From: Octopus sinensis
Lineage: Eukaryota
Direction of reading: 5' to 3'
Assembly: GCF_006345805.1 (NCBI RefSeq)
Contig: NC_043003.1
Coordinates: forward strand, 58,776,001-58,840,000
DNA length: 64,000 nt
Shown here: in pieces, positions 24,990-38,523 of the stretch
Numbering within the stretch: the first letter of the stretch is position 1
How the letters are laid out: each line of letters starts with the position of its first letter
Program-made: the position numbers and the translations under genes
Notes under the pieces: model-generated
Database searches by the model: none
The model's input: only the letters and a program-made list of their open reading frames with translations
What the model was told of the DNA's origin: nothing

Positions 24990-25545
24990 CTTCAGCAATT
25001 TCATTTACACTGGGTTTGTTGATCAACACCAACGTCAGAATTATTATTGGTAAGTGAGATATTCAGTTCAGAGGAATACCTCCCATCATTATGACCATTT
25101 CTGCAGGTTTTAAATTTGATCGTTTCAAAATACATTCCAATTTCTTGGGAGAATTTTACCGTTACAATGTCGAATGAATTAGTATCTTCCTTATGATCGT
25201 TGTTACCAAAGATACGAGGGGCGTTCAATAAGTAATGCCCCTGACCCACTTCCCATAGCAGTAGAGAAACGAAACTTGGCACAGTTATTAGTCTTTTTCT
25301 ACATAGGAACCACCCAGAGTTACGCATTTCTCCCATCGTTTGATGCGGCTCAGTTCAAACACCTGTAAATCAGAAACCCCAATTAGTTCAGAGCTGTAAT
25401 TTGCCACCTACTCTATAGAGATATAAATAATAGCACACGCAAAATTTCAGCTAGATCAAACAACTGCAAGTGGGTCATAGGCATTACTTATTGAACGCCC
25501 CTCGTACATCGGGTCAACAAGCGAACGTCGATGCTGACGTACACT
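24990..25545 (-). pseudogene. Degraded non-LTR RT fragment (R4/Dong-like), split by a mariner MITE
   Basis: IFGNNDHKEDTNSFDIVTVKFSQEIGMYF resembles LYGKNEKE.DSL..TV..FSxDIGMxFG, the stretch just after the DD motif. Confidence 0.45.
25215..25504. mobile_element. Mariner-type MITE, 290 bp
   Basis: TIR CGAGGGGCGTTCAATAAGTAATGCC at both ends; TA TSD at 25213-25214 and 25505-25506. Confidence 0.92.
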
Positions 25546-25962
25546 CTGCAAAAAAAAAAAAAAATAGCAGCAAAATATCCCTCAAATCATATCATACGCC
25601 TCATATTTATAAAAAGACTCTAAAGCTGACGACTATTTGCGGTATATGTTTTTATGTTAGCTCCTCTTTTTCCTTTATGCAATATCTCATATTTACATGT
25701 TTTTTTTTGCATCCAAATTAAAGATGTAATGCACAGGAAAAAGTGAGGATAAGAAATAATATCACTCTGATATAATTTAAACATTTCCATGTGCATTTAT
25801 CCTACAATGACGGTGATATTTGGAAATGGTAAGAACAACCTAGGCATTCCTATTGTTTAATGAAGTTCACTGTGATATCATCAAAATTATGAGGCTTCTA
25901 TCTTTGGTGAGCCTGTTAGGTAGGATTATATCAAAGGTTTTGCTGTAATCAATTCAAGTATA

Positions 25963-26777
25963 CGAGGGGGTGACCAAAAGTAACCAGAAACGTTCCCTGT
26001 GGGACAAGACCATTGTAGTTCAGGCTTCCGCTGCAGAAGCCACTTGATGCGACCTTCAGGCATCAGTACTGTCACGTGGTGCATCTTTGTTTTGCAGTGC
26101 TTCTCCGTGAAATTCTCTTTTCTGTTGGGGAAAACGGCGGCCGAAACAGTTGTTATGCTTCAAAAAATTCACAAGGACGCTGTCATTAACAAAACACAAG
26201 TTTACGAGTGGTTTCAACGCTGTAGGAATGGCCAGTTGTCGCTTGAAGACCAATCTCGTTCAGAGCGACCGTCAACCTCCCGAACGAATGAATACATCAT
26301 GAAAATTCATGAACTGATCTTGGAGGACCATCACCGAACAATTGACAAACTTGCTGATGTGGCTGGTGTGTCTTGGAGCTCCTGCCAACGAATTTTGAAG
26401 GAGGAATTGCGAATGAAAAGACTTTCAGCAACATTTGTGCCTCACTTGCTTATAGAAGATCAAAAGCAGCCACGACAATGTGTGTCGTAACTGAAAGAAC
26501 AGTTGGAGGTTGATCCGTTCTTTTTTTCGAGGGTCATCACTGGTGACGGAAGATGGTGCTACGGAAATTGCAATTATGGAAGGGATGAAGAAAAAAACAA
26601 CGGAGGTGTTAAAAGGCATCACTTCGTAAGAGTTCCAGCACTACTTCAAATAATGGGAAACGCGCTTGGATCGATGCATTGCTTCAAATGGAGAATATTT
26701 CGAAGGCGATAAAAGTGTAAACATGTAAAACTAAGTGAATAAAATAATATTGCAAAATTCCGGTTTCTTTTGGGTAC
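25963..26777 (+). mobile_element. Internally deleted mariner transposon
   Basis: 5' TIR after TA; GKTAAETVVML..VYEWF..SRSERP, FVPHLL, ITGD and C-terminal LDRCIASNGEYFEGD; 3' TIR truncated at GGGTAC. Confidence 0.88.
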
Positions 26778-26972
26778 AATTTTATTATTCTTATATAAGA
26801 ATGTTGTTGACAGTGACTTCGAAGTTTCGGCCAACTAAATCATCGTCGGTTTAGCTGATGAGGATGATGATATTTTCATCTTTCACGTAATGTTCAAATA
26901 CAATAAAGCCTTTGACAGTTATCCTTTTTGTTGATCTACGTAATAATAATTTCAAGTTTTTGGTACAAGGCC
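26774..26972. repeat. 199-bp direct duplication, copy 2, fused to the mariner 3' TIR
   Basis: Matches 24152-24350; the junction shares GTAC with the TIR. Confidence 0.9.
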
Positions 26973-26997
26973 TGTTACATACTTATGTAATTACGTT

Positions 26998-27064
<67 letters not shown>

Positions 27065-27446
27065 ATTCTCTGGTACTTTATTTTGTTAACGAGGAGCTTC
27101 TTCTGCAGGACTTGACCTTATGCAGGTATGAAAGAATTTGGTATAGTCGTTTTAGTCAAGGACCAGTTAGCAGTGCCAAAATAGATGACAAATTAAGTCT
27201 TATAAGCGACAATGTTAGAAATCATTATTATCTTCCCCATTTGGAAATAAGTTAAAACCTTACATAGGAAATTGAAATTGTTTTTTAAAAAAAAACCATT
27301 TAATTTCGACATCTGTTTTGGCGTGGGTTTGGGTAATAGCTAGAAAATCGAAAATTAGAAAATAGAAAATTATTATTCGGCTTCTCAGACCAGTATTTTT
27401 TGGACTAAGTTTTCATGATAAAACTTTCCAGTAGGTTTTGAAGTGC

Positions 27447-27486
27447 TTCACTATGGTTATAACAAATATGTTATAACCATAGTGAA
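27447..27486. repeat. Perfect 18-bp inverted repeat with a 4-nt loop
   Basis: TTCACTATGGTTATAACA-AATA-TGTTATAACCATAGTGAA. Confidence 0.95.
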
Positions 27487-27819
27487 CCTTAGTGGTTTAA
27501 GTGACAAGAGTTAAATATCTTGCAGAAGGATATACCTATGCTGGTGTTTTCATATCCTTTGTAGTTGGTGTATGTCGTAAACTAGGAAGATTGAGGCGCA
27601 GTTTCATATATTGCCACATGCGCTATTGTACTTTCAGAGGTCGATAATATAAGCACCAGTTAAATACTGGGGTCGAAGTAATCGACTGTGACCCTGCAAC
27701 GAAATTGCTGGCCTTGTGCTAAAATTTGAAACCATTTTTTAAAAGGATTTATTCAAAAACCGTTATACATATGTTACAATAAGGAATTTATACGCTTATG
27801 GTGATTTGTTAACAAACAC

Positions 27820-28495
27820 AGGCGCAAGAGTGGCTGTGTGATAAGTAGCTTGCTTACCAACCACATGGTTCTGGGTTCAGTCCCTGCATGGCACCTTGGA
27901 CAGGTGTTTTCTACTATAGCCTCGGGCCGACCAAAGCCTTGTGAGTAGATTTGGTAGACGGAAACTGAAAGATGCCCGTCGTATATATATATATCACCGT
28001 GATCACCGTGACCGATCAGGCTATCAGATGTTGCTACACATCGCTGGTCACAAAGTGCTTCGCATTGTTTTAGCCTTCAAATGACGCCATCCCGCTGGCT
28101 AACATACATAAACATAATTTAGCATAATTTGTTATTTTTCTTCATGTCTTATGTTCTTCGAATAAGGACACAAATCTCACAACATCCTAAACTCTAACAT
28201 TGAAAACTACTTCTTTCGCTTGTGTTTACTCTTTTAGTTGTTTCAGTCATTTGACTGCAGCCATGCTGGAGCGCCGCCTTTTCAGTCGAGTAAATCGACC
28301 CCAGGACTTATTCTTTGTAAGCCTAGTACTTATTCTATCGGTCTCTTTTGTCGAACCGCTAAGTTACGAGTGTGTCTGTGTTTGTCTCCCACCCAGCATC
28401 GCTTGACAACCGATGCTGGTGTGAGATTTGTGTCCTTATTCGAAGGACATGAAGAAAAATAATAAATTATGCTAAATTATGTTTATGTATGTTTA
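27820..28495. mobile_element. Rearranged SINE A (head +, tail -, middle +) with a family D fragment and an inverted flank duplication
   Basis: Head 27820-27990 (+); tail 28225-28358 (-); middle 28359-28420 (+); 28101-28180 is inverted at 28421-28493. Confidence 0.75.
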
Positions 28496-29319
28496 TGAAT
28501 ATTTTTCATCTTCATGGACTGCATAATGATAACGTTAATTACAAGCAGAACATTATGATGAAAATTCTAATTATGCTTAGTAAGTGAAGTTATTGAAATA
28601 TACAGCATCATATATGTGGCAGCACATTGTATTTAATCACGAAACGACTGTCATTGAGTAATTAGGATGTCATATGTAAGATATATAATTACGCCATTGA
28701 TATAATTATGCCATTGATGAGGTTGTGAATAGCGACGAAGAGACTCCGACAGGGAAAATTAATGACCCAGTAATCATTCAGTTAACACATTAACCAAACA
28801 ATTGGATAGTTAGTTGCTAAAATAAAGATGTGGCATCGATTCAGTGCGTGTGTTTATTTTAATTTTTACCGGCATAATGACCTTCCTTAGACATTACAGA
28901 ATTTATCCTGTAATTATGAAGTCATATGGAGAGATTTTTTTGTATTTTTATCTTATTTTATTATATTCACCAGTAAAATATGTTGGTAATATAACGCCAG
29001 CATAGGGGTGGGGTGTACTGGCAAAATCGTTACCGCGTCGGCTAAAATTTCGTCCGTCTACTTTCTGAGTTCGAATTCCGCCGACGTCGACTGTGCGATG
29101 CATCCGTTCGGGGGCGATAAAGTAAGGACCTCGGGGTCAACGTCATCGAATTACATTCTCACCTGAACCTGCTGACCTTGTGACAAAGTTTTTAAACCGA
29201 TATAAAGCCAGTATATAATTATGACTTTTTTTACTCAGAATAAGTCAATATGTTCTGTTGCCGTAAATATTTTTGTCATTATAGTGTAAACCGCTACAAA
29301 TATTTATAAAAAAATAGAA

Positions 29320-29570
29320 TAAATGCGCCCTTTTAAAACCTAGCCAGTCTCATTGGTCCGGTTTCCCGGTTTCCATGGCGTACGTGTTCCCATGCTGGAT
29401 GGGACGCCAGTTCATCGCTGGATTATTCATTTTTGCCAGCTGAGTGGACTGGAGCAACGTGAAATGAAGTGTTTTGCTCAAGAACACAACTCGTCGACCG
29501 GTCCAGGAATCGAAACCATAATTTTACGATCATGATGCTGACGCCCTAACCATTAAGCCACGCGCCTCTA
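29320..29570 (-). mobile_element. SINE family C, full length
   Basis: Reverse complement of 46652-46900. Confidence 0.88.
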
Positions 29571-30876
29571 CATATAAACATTCATACCTTTAACTTAATC
29601 CTCAGAAAGGATTAATTGTCTCTTTGATTCCAGATACAAACCGTCCGACGAAAGTTGTTTAGTCTCCGTCAACCAATATTTTTTCGATCAGTCTGAAGCT
29701 GTCAAAACACACTTGACGAAGATGCAACACAGTAGAATCGAACTCAGAACTGTTATAGTCGCAAAACAAAGCATCTTACCCCCTCGTCCATGCATACATA
29801 TTTTTATACATTCGCATGGATGTAAACTCACCGATGAACTTTAATTATGGTCTCAGCCACATAACACACTCACTCATATAAACACATTCATGAAACACAA
29901 ATTGATATATTTCTCTGTCTTTTTCTCTTCTCTATTCTTTCGTCTTCGTTGTCGCTCTCACTTTCAAATCAAACATGCACATCTTCATACGTACAAATAT
30001 GCAAAACCCATGTATTCTAACACATTCTGATGCATATATATATATATATATATATATCCATAGTTATACTGCATACATTCACGAATAACAATACATAAAT
30101 ATTCAAAGACACTATTTCCCCCCATTTCATGTAACTCTTCTTTGTTTCTTTCTTTAATTCACACGGAAACATACAACCAATAAAACGCCGAAGCACAGAC
30201 GTAGACACATATACATCTTCAAACACAGATATTTTCTCAATTATAAAATAATAATTTATTTGTTTGTCGAGAGGAAACTGCACATTCGTTACTTTAGTTC
30301 TTGAACGTCGCTTCATGTTGCATTTAGATTTTTATGATCGTTGTTACAATTCTGTTTTACATGAGACTGTAAGCAGCATTTGAGACAGTTGCATACATGA
30401 TGTTAGCAGCAAAACTCAGTCAGTTTGGCGCACGTTCTCATGTAATATGGCTCCCTGATACTTTAATAGACAAACAGTGAAAGCAGTGGGTGGTGTATGC
30501 TGAACATAACAAATATGATGGACTTTATACATAAATACATGCATATATGCACACACACAAATACACACACACATACACAGACGTAATTTGTGTAGGTGAC
30601 GGCGCATATTCTAGAGGTTTGGATGCTGTTGTTGCTGTTGTTGTTGCTTTTGGTACATTTCATGTGTTACAATAGTGTGGGATTATCATTCCAAGAAAAT
30701 AACTGGCTAAAAATAGCAACCAAATCGCCCTCAAATCGCAACCATAACGTCTTAAATAAAAATTGATACATTGTATAACGTAGTCCCTAATACACAATAT
30801 GGCGAGTTGCTCAGGTCTTGAAAGTCTTTGATGATAGGTATGCTCAATCAAGATTGAGTTAAGGAATGTGGACTGG

Positions 30877-31290
30877 TAGGAGTGACTGTGTGGTAAGTAG
30901 CTTGCTTACCAACCACATGGTTCCGGGTTCAGTCCCACTGTGTGGCACCTTGGGCAAGTGTCTTCTACTATAACCTCGGGTCGACCAAAGCCTTGTGAGT
31001 GGATTTGGTTGACGGAAACTGAAAGAAGCCCGTTGTATATATGTATACCTATGTATGTGTGTGTGTGTGCGTCTATACGTTTGTGTGTCTGTGTTTGTTC
31101 TCCCGGCATCGCTTGACAACCGATGCTGGTGTGTTATGTCCCCGTAACTTAGCGGTTCGGCAAAACAGACCGATAGAATAAGTACTAAACTTACAAAGAA
31201 TAAGTCCTGGGGTCGGTTTGCTCGACTAAAGGCGATGCTCCATCATGGCCACAGTCAAATGACTGAAACAAGTAAAAGAGTAAAGAGTAG
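30877..31290 (+). mobile_element. SINE family A
   Basis: Head-to-tail match to family A. Confidence 0.9.
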
Positions 31291-31294
31291 TAGA

Positions 31295-32080
31295 TACTGG
31301 GTTGCACTCAGGATCGGAAGATCGTAGTTTCCATTCCTGGACTGGGAAGTGCGTTGAGTTCTTGAACAAAACACTTCATTTCACTTTACTCCAGTTCACT
31401 CAACGTTAAATGAGCACAACCTGCGAAGGACTAGGGTCCCGTTCAGGAGGAATACTGTGATTTCAGTGATTTATTCGCTATGGAAACCGGGTAAGTGGCC
31501 CTCTTAGTAATGCCCTGGGACTGTTGTTTTTGATAATGATTTTGATGATGATGACGGTGATGATATATATGTGTGCATGTATTGCGTATTTTAGAGTTCA
31601 ATGTGTATAACCAGTTTGTTGTTTGTTCCTTCTCAAGCCATGTCTGGTTCATAAGGGCCGGTTTCCCGATTTCCTTGGCGTATAGGTTCCCCACCTGGAC
31701 GGGACGCTGGTCCGTCGCAGGAGAGCTGCAAGATGCAGGAGGAAAGAGTGAGAGAAAGTTGTGGCGAAAGACTCAGCAGAAGTTCGCCATTACCTTCTGC
31801 CGGAGCCGCGTGAAGCTTAGGTGTTTTTGCTCATAAATACACACATCGCCCGATCCTTCGACCGCGAGTCCGCTGCTCTAACCACTAGTTCATGTGCCTC
31901 CACATTTATTACCAGTGCTTAGCGTCTTTACGTTCTGAATTCAAATTCTGCCGAGGTCGACTTTACCTTCCATCCTTTCAGGGTCGATAGATTAATTACC
32001 AGTTGCGTACTGAGATCGATGTAATCGACTGCCCCCCCCCCCCAAAAAAATTTCGGGCCTTGTGCCTATAGTAGAAAAGA
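31295..32080. mobile_element. Cluster: SINE C (+, 31295-31505), SINE E (-, about 31585-31900), SINE B2 (+, 31915-32080)
   Basis: Shared cores with other C and B copies; the E middle CTGCCGGAGCCGCGTG recurs at 54079. Confidence 0.75.
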
Positions 32081-32384
32081 ACGTGTATAACCAGTGAACA
32101 AAAATGGGAAATAGGATCAGTAAAGAATATTTATCTACATACCCCCCCCCCACACACAAACATATATATATATATACACATGTACACACATACATACACA
32201 CAGAGACACATATACACACACATACATATATGCTTATATATGCATTATCAAACAATTAAAAAATTAAAATTAAAAATTGAAAAATTAAAAAGGGAGACAA
32301 TAGAAAGTCAAATAAGGTTGTTGGAGAATACTTAAAGGGTGTTTAGTATATGTACTAGATGGTGACTTGGGTTGCATCTAGATT

Positions 32385-33415
32385 TGTAGTAAAATTTGAA
32401 GGTATGAAAAAAGCGGTGGTTGCATGTACCTAGGGCCTCATTATACGTATTTAGTAGTATTGAAGAGTTGTGCTTTAATATGTAGAATGCCTATTTTAGG
32501 CATAGCTTACAGGATAAGCGTTGACCTTGGTATGGAAGCTCTGAATCTATTATGGACCATGACAAGATGAATGGAATATTTCTATTTATGAAATGATGTA
32601 TGTAACTGGCAAGGGTTGTGGATTTACTGTGTTCCCCATATTTAAAAGAATTGAGATGCACAGCGTAATCGCTGTTTAAAATGTATAGTTGACCATATAT
32701 TCATGGTTGTAGAATAGTGTAACGTAGTGAGAAGAGAGGTGTATACCATAGAACAGAGCGTCCACCGCTTTTTTGGTTGCTTAGGGGCTGTATAATCTAT
32801 ATTTTTAGAAATTAGAGTGGGGTTATATGACCCGTTATTGTTAGCTGTTTTAGCTTTTGAACTAGTGCTATATGTGTGTGTGTGTGTGAGGTTTAAGCTG
32901 TCTTAATCTGGGTTCTCCTAAGGTTCTAGTGTAGTATATGTATGGTCTGTTGTGATGATGATAGTTAGCATGTTGTGATATGACTTGAGATATATGTTGC
33001 TTGAACTTAGTATTAGAGATGTATTTTATTTGTTGGGAGAAGCTGCTGGCAGCGAGCGCTTAGTTGTATTATGGGGCGTGGTTATTGAATATTTCTTCAG
33101 TGGACGAAAGGTCAGATATACGAATCGAGATACTCTTAATTATATTATCAAAGGTGGATTTGCAGTGATTGTAATTAATGTTTAAGTACTGGTTGTGTTT
33201 GTGATATGTGAAGTATTGGGAGGTTTCTAAGTTTAAAGTGACGTCTAAAAAATTAGTGGTTTTGTGGGAATTATTAAAAGTAATAGATAAGTTGAGGTTA
33301 GAAAAAAATTTGTGTAGATCTTTCTTAATTCGTTCTAAAGAGGATTTACTAACGCCTTTGGCGACTAGCAAAGCGCCATCTCTGTTGGTGTTAGGGAAGT
33401 GTATTCGGAGATGAT
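32385..33415 (-). mobile_element. Decayed Penelope-like element: RT C-terminal half plus GIY-YIG endonuclease
   Basis: LERIKKDLHKFF..NFLDVTLNL..SISIRISDLSSTEEIFN (ORF 33069-33371); HFKQRL, STTLASYI, WSII, CKLCLK..LLNTYNEALGTCNH. Confidence 0.85.
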
Positions 33416-33764
33416 GGAGTAGACAGTCACGGATGGGATGTCTGTAATTACAGGTCTGCTTACTCGTGTCTGAACTGAGGCTAGTAACAAAAACAGTAAC
33501 AAAACGAGGTCGGTGACCTGGGCAGAATCGGATGATCCCATAGTAATGTAAAAAAATTTGCTATTGTTATTGTTATAGTGGTTGGTCCGGCACCAAAGTT
33601 TGTCCTCGAAAGAAATGAGAGCTCTATGGGCACTAAAGAATTATGTTAATTTCTCGTGGGATTAGGTTAGTTAGATTCCTAGCAAGAAGGAGGGCTTGAT
33701 TTAGAAGTTTGAGAGAAATAGATGAATAGTAATTATTTGTATCAAATTGTAGGAATGAAGAAGA

Positions 33765-33810
<46 letters not shown>

Positions 33811-33898
33811 CATTTGTTCGGCTAAATACATATACATATACATGCGGTGATCCACCATGGCCGCATTCAAATGACTGAAACAAATAAAAGAATAAAAG

Positions 33899-33962
<64 letters not shown>

Positions 33963-33964
<2 letters not shown>

Positions 33965-34137
33965 GGCGCAAGAGTGGCTGTGTGGTAAGTAGCTTGCTTA
34001 CCAGCCACATGGTTCCGCTGTTCAGTCCCACTGCGTGGCATCTTGGGCAAGTGTCTTCTGCTATAGCCCTGGGCCGACCAATGCCTTGTGAGTGGATTTG
34101 GTAGACGGAAACTGAAGAGCCCTGTCGTATATGTATG

Positions 34138-34205
<68 letters not shown>

Positions 34206-34430
34206 TTGTGTGTGTGTGTTTTGGTCCCCCTAGCATTGCTTGACAACCGATGCTGGTTGTGTTTACGTCCCCGTCACTTAGCGGTTCGGCAAAAGAGACC
34301 GATAGAATAAGTACTGGGCTTACAAAGAATAAGTCCCGGGGTCGATTTGCTCGACTAAAGGCGGTGCTCCAGCATGGCCGCGGTCAAATGACTGAAACAA
34401 GTAAAAGAGTAAAAGAGTAAAGAGTATATA
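33963..34430 (+). mobile_element. SINE family A flanked on both sides by (TA)n
   Basis: Full family A match; TA arrays just before 33963 and just after 34425. Confidence 0.9.
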
Positions 34431-34754
34431 TATATATATATATATATAAGGTGAGAGAGAGAAAGAAAGAGAGAGATGTACATACACACACGTACACATA
34501 TATTCTCCGTCCACCAACTGAATTCTTATTTGTGAAATTAATGTGTAAGTGACTGCGTATTTTACAGACAGGTGTATCCATCAGTAAATTAAGTAGCTGC
34601 CGATGCATTGATTGACTTATGCAAAAACCACCGACAAAAACAAAAAGTCTTAATGCTTTGAAATTATCTCTTAAATGGAGAAAAAAAAAACAACAGCGTT
34701 TATCAGTTTATTGTCATGCTTTTCCTTACACATCTCTTAATAATGGTTTTACAT

Positions 34755-34960
34755 TTTAACTCAAGGCCAGCAATTTTCAAGATGGGATTTTTGTTGATTA
34801 TATCGGGCCCCTGTGTGCAGCTGGTATTTATTTTATCGACCTCGTAAGAATGAAAGGCAAAATCGACCTCGGCGGAATTTGAAGTCAGAACGTAATGATG
34901 GACGAAATGCCACTAAGCATTTTGCCCGGCGTGCTAACGTTTCTGTCAGCTCGCCTCATG
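34755..34960 (-). mobile_element. SINE B2 copy
   Basis: Reverse complement of B2. Confidence 0.8.
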
Positions 34961-35895
34961 CTTTTACATCTCTAGACATTATTCGCTTGTTCCTTATATG
35001 GACAATACCGTTTTTAACAAGGATAGACAGGTTGGATAGTGTAGTAACAGAAACAATGACTACAAAAAAAAAAATGGTGGACGGTCACGGATGGGATGTC
35101 TGTAATTACAGGTCTGCTTACTCGTGTTTGAACTGAGGCTAATAACAAAAACAATATCTACAACAACCTAAGACAGCGAGCTGGCAGAAACGTTAGCACG
35201 TCGGGCGAAATGCTCAGCAGTATTTCATGAGGAATGTTGTGGGATCTCGGTCACTTATTCACCATTAAAAAACGAGGAACCAGGCCGAACAGTCCAAGGA
35301 CTCGAAACAACAATATCCAGAGGGAATTAATTTTAATAGGATATGATCTGAAGGAATTTTGTTGCTATTTCTAGTAGGACACACGATAGGCTTGCAGGCT
35401 CTCTCACTCGCTTGATTATCTGATTTGCAATGGTGTATATATATATTTTTGTGCGTTGGTGAAAACAGGAAGCCATCTTTCCAGTAATCTTAATGAGATA
35501 TGAGTTGCCTATTTCTAAATATTGCCCATCTGTCAAGTTGTTTTTAATGTTGTTGTTGCAAAATTCAAAATTAATTCGCTGAATTAATTCCGAAGCTTTT
35601 ATTAGAAGCCTTTAAGGATAAAAAATTAATATAAAAATATATTTCCATATTTTGTATTATTGCTAAATAGGAAACAGCAAACGTAGTTTTTACACACACA
35701 CACACACACACAACACACACACACACACCCACCCACATACCACACACACACACATACACACACAGAAACACACAAACACACACGCACGCTTGCATGCACA
35801 CACATACAAATACACATGGCTATGAATTTACCTCCACATATATGTATACATAAAAATATAAGTCTATAGTGTTTGTCTTCACACATGTACACCTG

Positions 35896-35973
<78 letters not shown>

Positions 35974-35978
35974 CATCC

Positions 35979-36033
<55 letters not shown>

Positions 36034-36142
36034 ATCTATCTATTTATCTATCAATCTATGTATGTATGTATGTATGTATCTATCTATCTACATATATATA
36101 TATATATGTATATATATGTGTACACACACACACACAAGCACA

Positions 36143-36184
<42 letters not shown>

Positions 36185-36492
36185 TAATATATATATGTAT
36201 AGAAACTCATATCGTCACTATAAATGTGAATGCAATTTCATGCATATATATTTCTAAGCAACTTTAAAAAAATGCAATTTGTCGTCTTAGTGGATATTAG
36301 ATAAGCATATTTTAGATATTAATTAAACAAGACACAATCCCGTTGAGATGACTGAATGAGCTTATTTGAATTCCTAATCGGGGGCACTTAAGTAATGGTT
36401 CGAACGATAAATGATTACAAATACGTCCTCAATGGATTTTTAATCTTAGGATAACGCTAGAAAAAGTTAAAAAAATTTATTAAAAGGAATAA

Positions 36493-36539
<47 letters not shown>

Positions 36540-36908
36540 CACACATGCATATATCAACTTTGGTTGACTTTGCCTTTGGTCAATTCGGATTCAATAAAAT
36601 AAGTACCAGTTGAGCATTGGGGTCGATATAATCGGCAAAAACCTCATCTGGGATCAATGTAATCAACTTAATTACTCCTGAGTAAGAGTATGGAAAAAAA
36701 CCTGCCATATCGAGTCAGTGTGGTAGAGCAGGGTCCTCAAACCAGTAAGATCTGAAGCTCAAATTCACGGCCTTCACATCAGACCATGGTTGGTGAAGAG
36801 AACATGCTGAGGCCGTCATCCTGCAATGACTGGACATAGGCAAAACAATTCAATCCAACTCATATATACATATATAGATACACACACGCGCACACACACA
36901 CACACACA

Positions 36909-36961
<53 letters not shown>

Positions 36962-37214
36962 AGGTATGGGTTCCTCATCCACATGGTTTTGCGTGTCTTC
37001 TACAATAGCTCCAGCCGATCAAAGATATGTGAGTGGATTTGGTAGACGGAAACACTTATACATATGTAGATGTGTATGTGTGTATTTGTGCGTGTGGGAG
37101 CGCGTGTGTGTGCACGTCTTTGTGCTTATCCACCACCACCGCCACCGCCACCACCATCTCACAGCCGGGTTTAGTTTGTTAACATCCCCGTACTGCAGCC
37201 CTAAGGAAAAAGTA

Positions 37215-37550
37215 CCCTTTTCTGCTGTAGGAACATGGCCCGAAATTTTTGAGGAGAGGGGCCAGTCGATTAGATCAATCATAGTAGGCAGCTGGTAGCG
37301 TAAAGACAGACGAAGTACCTATTTCTTTACTACCCACAAGGGGCTAAACACAGGGAGGACAAACAAGGACAGACAAATGGATTAAGTCGATTATATCGAC
37401 CCCAGTGCGTAATTGGTACTTATTTAATCGACCCCGAAAGGAGGAAAGGCAAAGTCGACCTTGACGGAATTTGAACTCAGAGCGTAACAGCAGATGAAAT
37501 ACCGCTAAGCATCTCGCCCGACGTGCTAACGTTTCTGCCAGCTCACCGCC
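37215..37550 (-). mobile_element. SINE B1 whose tail runs into an internal restart and then a B2-type tail
   Basis: Minus strand ...GTAAAGAAATA|GGTACTTCGTCTGTC, junction at 37320/37319. Confidence 0.85.
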
Positions 37551-38023
37551 TTTCTTAGGAAAAAATACCGACATAAAATAAATATGTACTTATAAAATAA
37601 AATATGTACTGGAGGCCGATCCGTTCGACAAAAACCCTTCAAGGCGGTGTCCCGGCATGGCCGCAGCCTAATGATTGAAACAAGTAATAGATAATATATA
37701 GAGACTACGTTTCAAATTATTAACGACGTAATATCTTTTGGAATTCAACGAAGATGTCACAGAATTATGGCATCAGTTATATGCGAATGGTGTATAAAAA
37801 ACACGGTCCCGTAAAACAGTGCAGAAACTACGACCATTTGCCAAATTTACGTAAACTTTCACTGTTTCAAATTATTAGTGAGGTGTTAATTAAAACTCAT
37901 GTAAACAAAAAAAATACCAATTTGATTGTTTGATGCACACGCTGAAATAACAGATTCAATCATAAACATGGAAGAATTAGAAATAAACAAATAATCAGCT
38001 CCCAAAAATGATTGGTGAGCTGG

Positions 38024-38523
38024 TTAATAAGGGATATACGAACCTTTGTTTGAAATAAGTTGGAAGAGGCTCTAGTCCAGGGACCGTGCTAATTTCTAGA
38101 TCTCCTCTGACGTTATACCACGAGATACATCCATTATTGCCCACCACAATTCATCCTTGCTCCTAAATTGGCGTCCATTCTCGTAAACTCGTCGCTTTAG
38201 AATACTCCACAAGTTTTCCATTGGGTTTAAGCGGGGGAACAGACAAGCCACTTCGTTTTCCGAGGTTCACAGAAGCCTAATTGTTGCAGATACTTTGTAG
38301 TTTTTTTCGCTGAGTGCGAGGGCGCATTATCTTACATGAATATAATAGTTGTCTTGAAGGTGATCCTTTGCTTTTTTAACCAAGGTTCAAGGTGCTCCCC
38401 CAGAGAAACTAAGTGTCCGCAGTCATTTTAACACCGTCCGGCACTTTTCAAGGACCAACCATAATACCCCCGATAATACCTGCCCAAATCATGATGCCTC
38501 CTCCCCCTTGTTACCGTCCATTT
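38024..38523 (-). pseudogene. Tc1-like (DD34E) transposase C-terminal remnant, running into the assembly gap
   Basis: QGGGGIMIWAGII, FM*DNAPSHSAKKT, SP.LNPMENLWSILKRRVY. Confidence 0.85.

Noticed and set aside
24152-26972. LTR retrotransposon or LTR-retrozyme bounded by 199-bp repeats
   Set aside because: No TG...CA ends, PBS, PPT or TSD; the repeat includes part of a SINE and is fused to a broken mariner TIR
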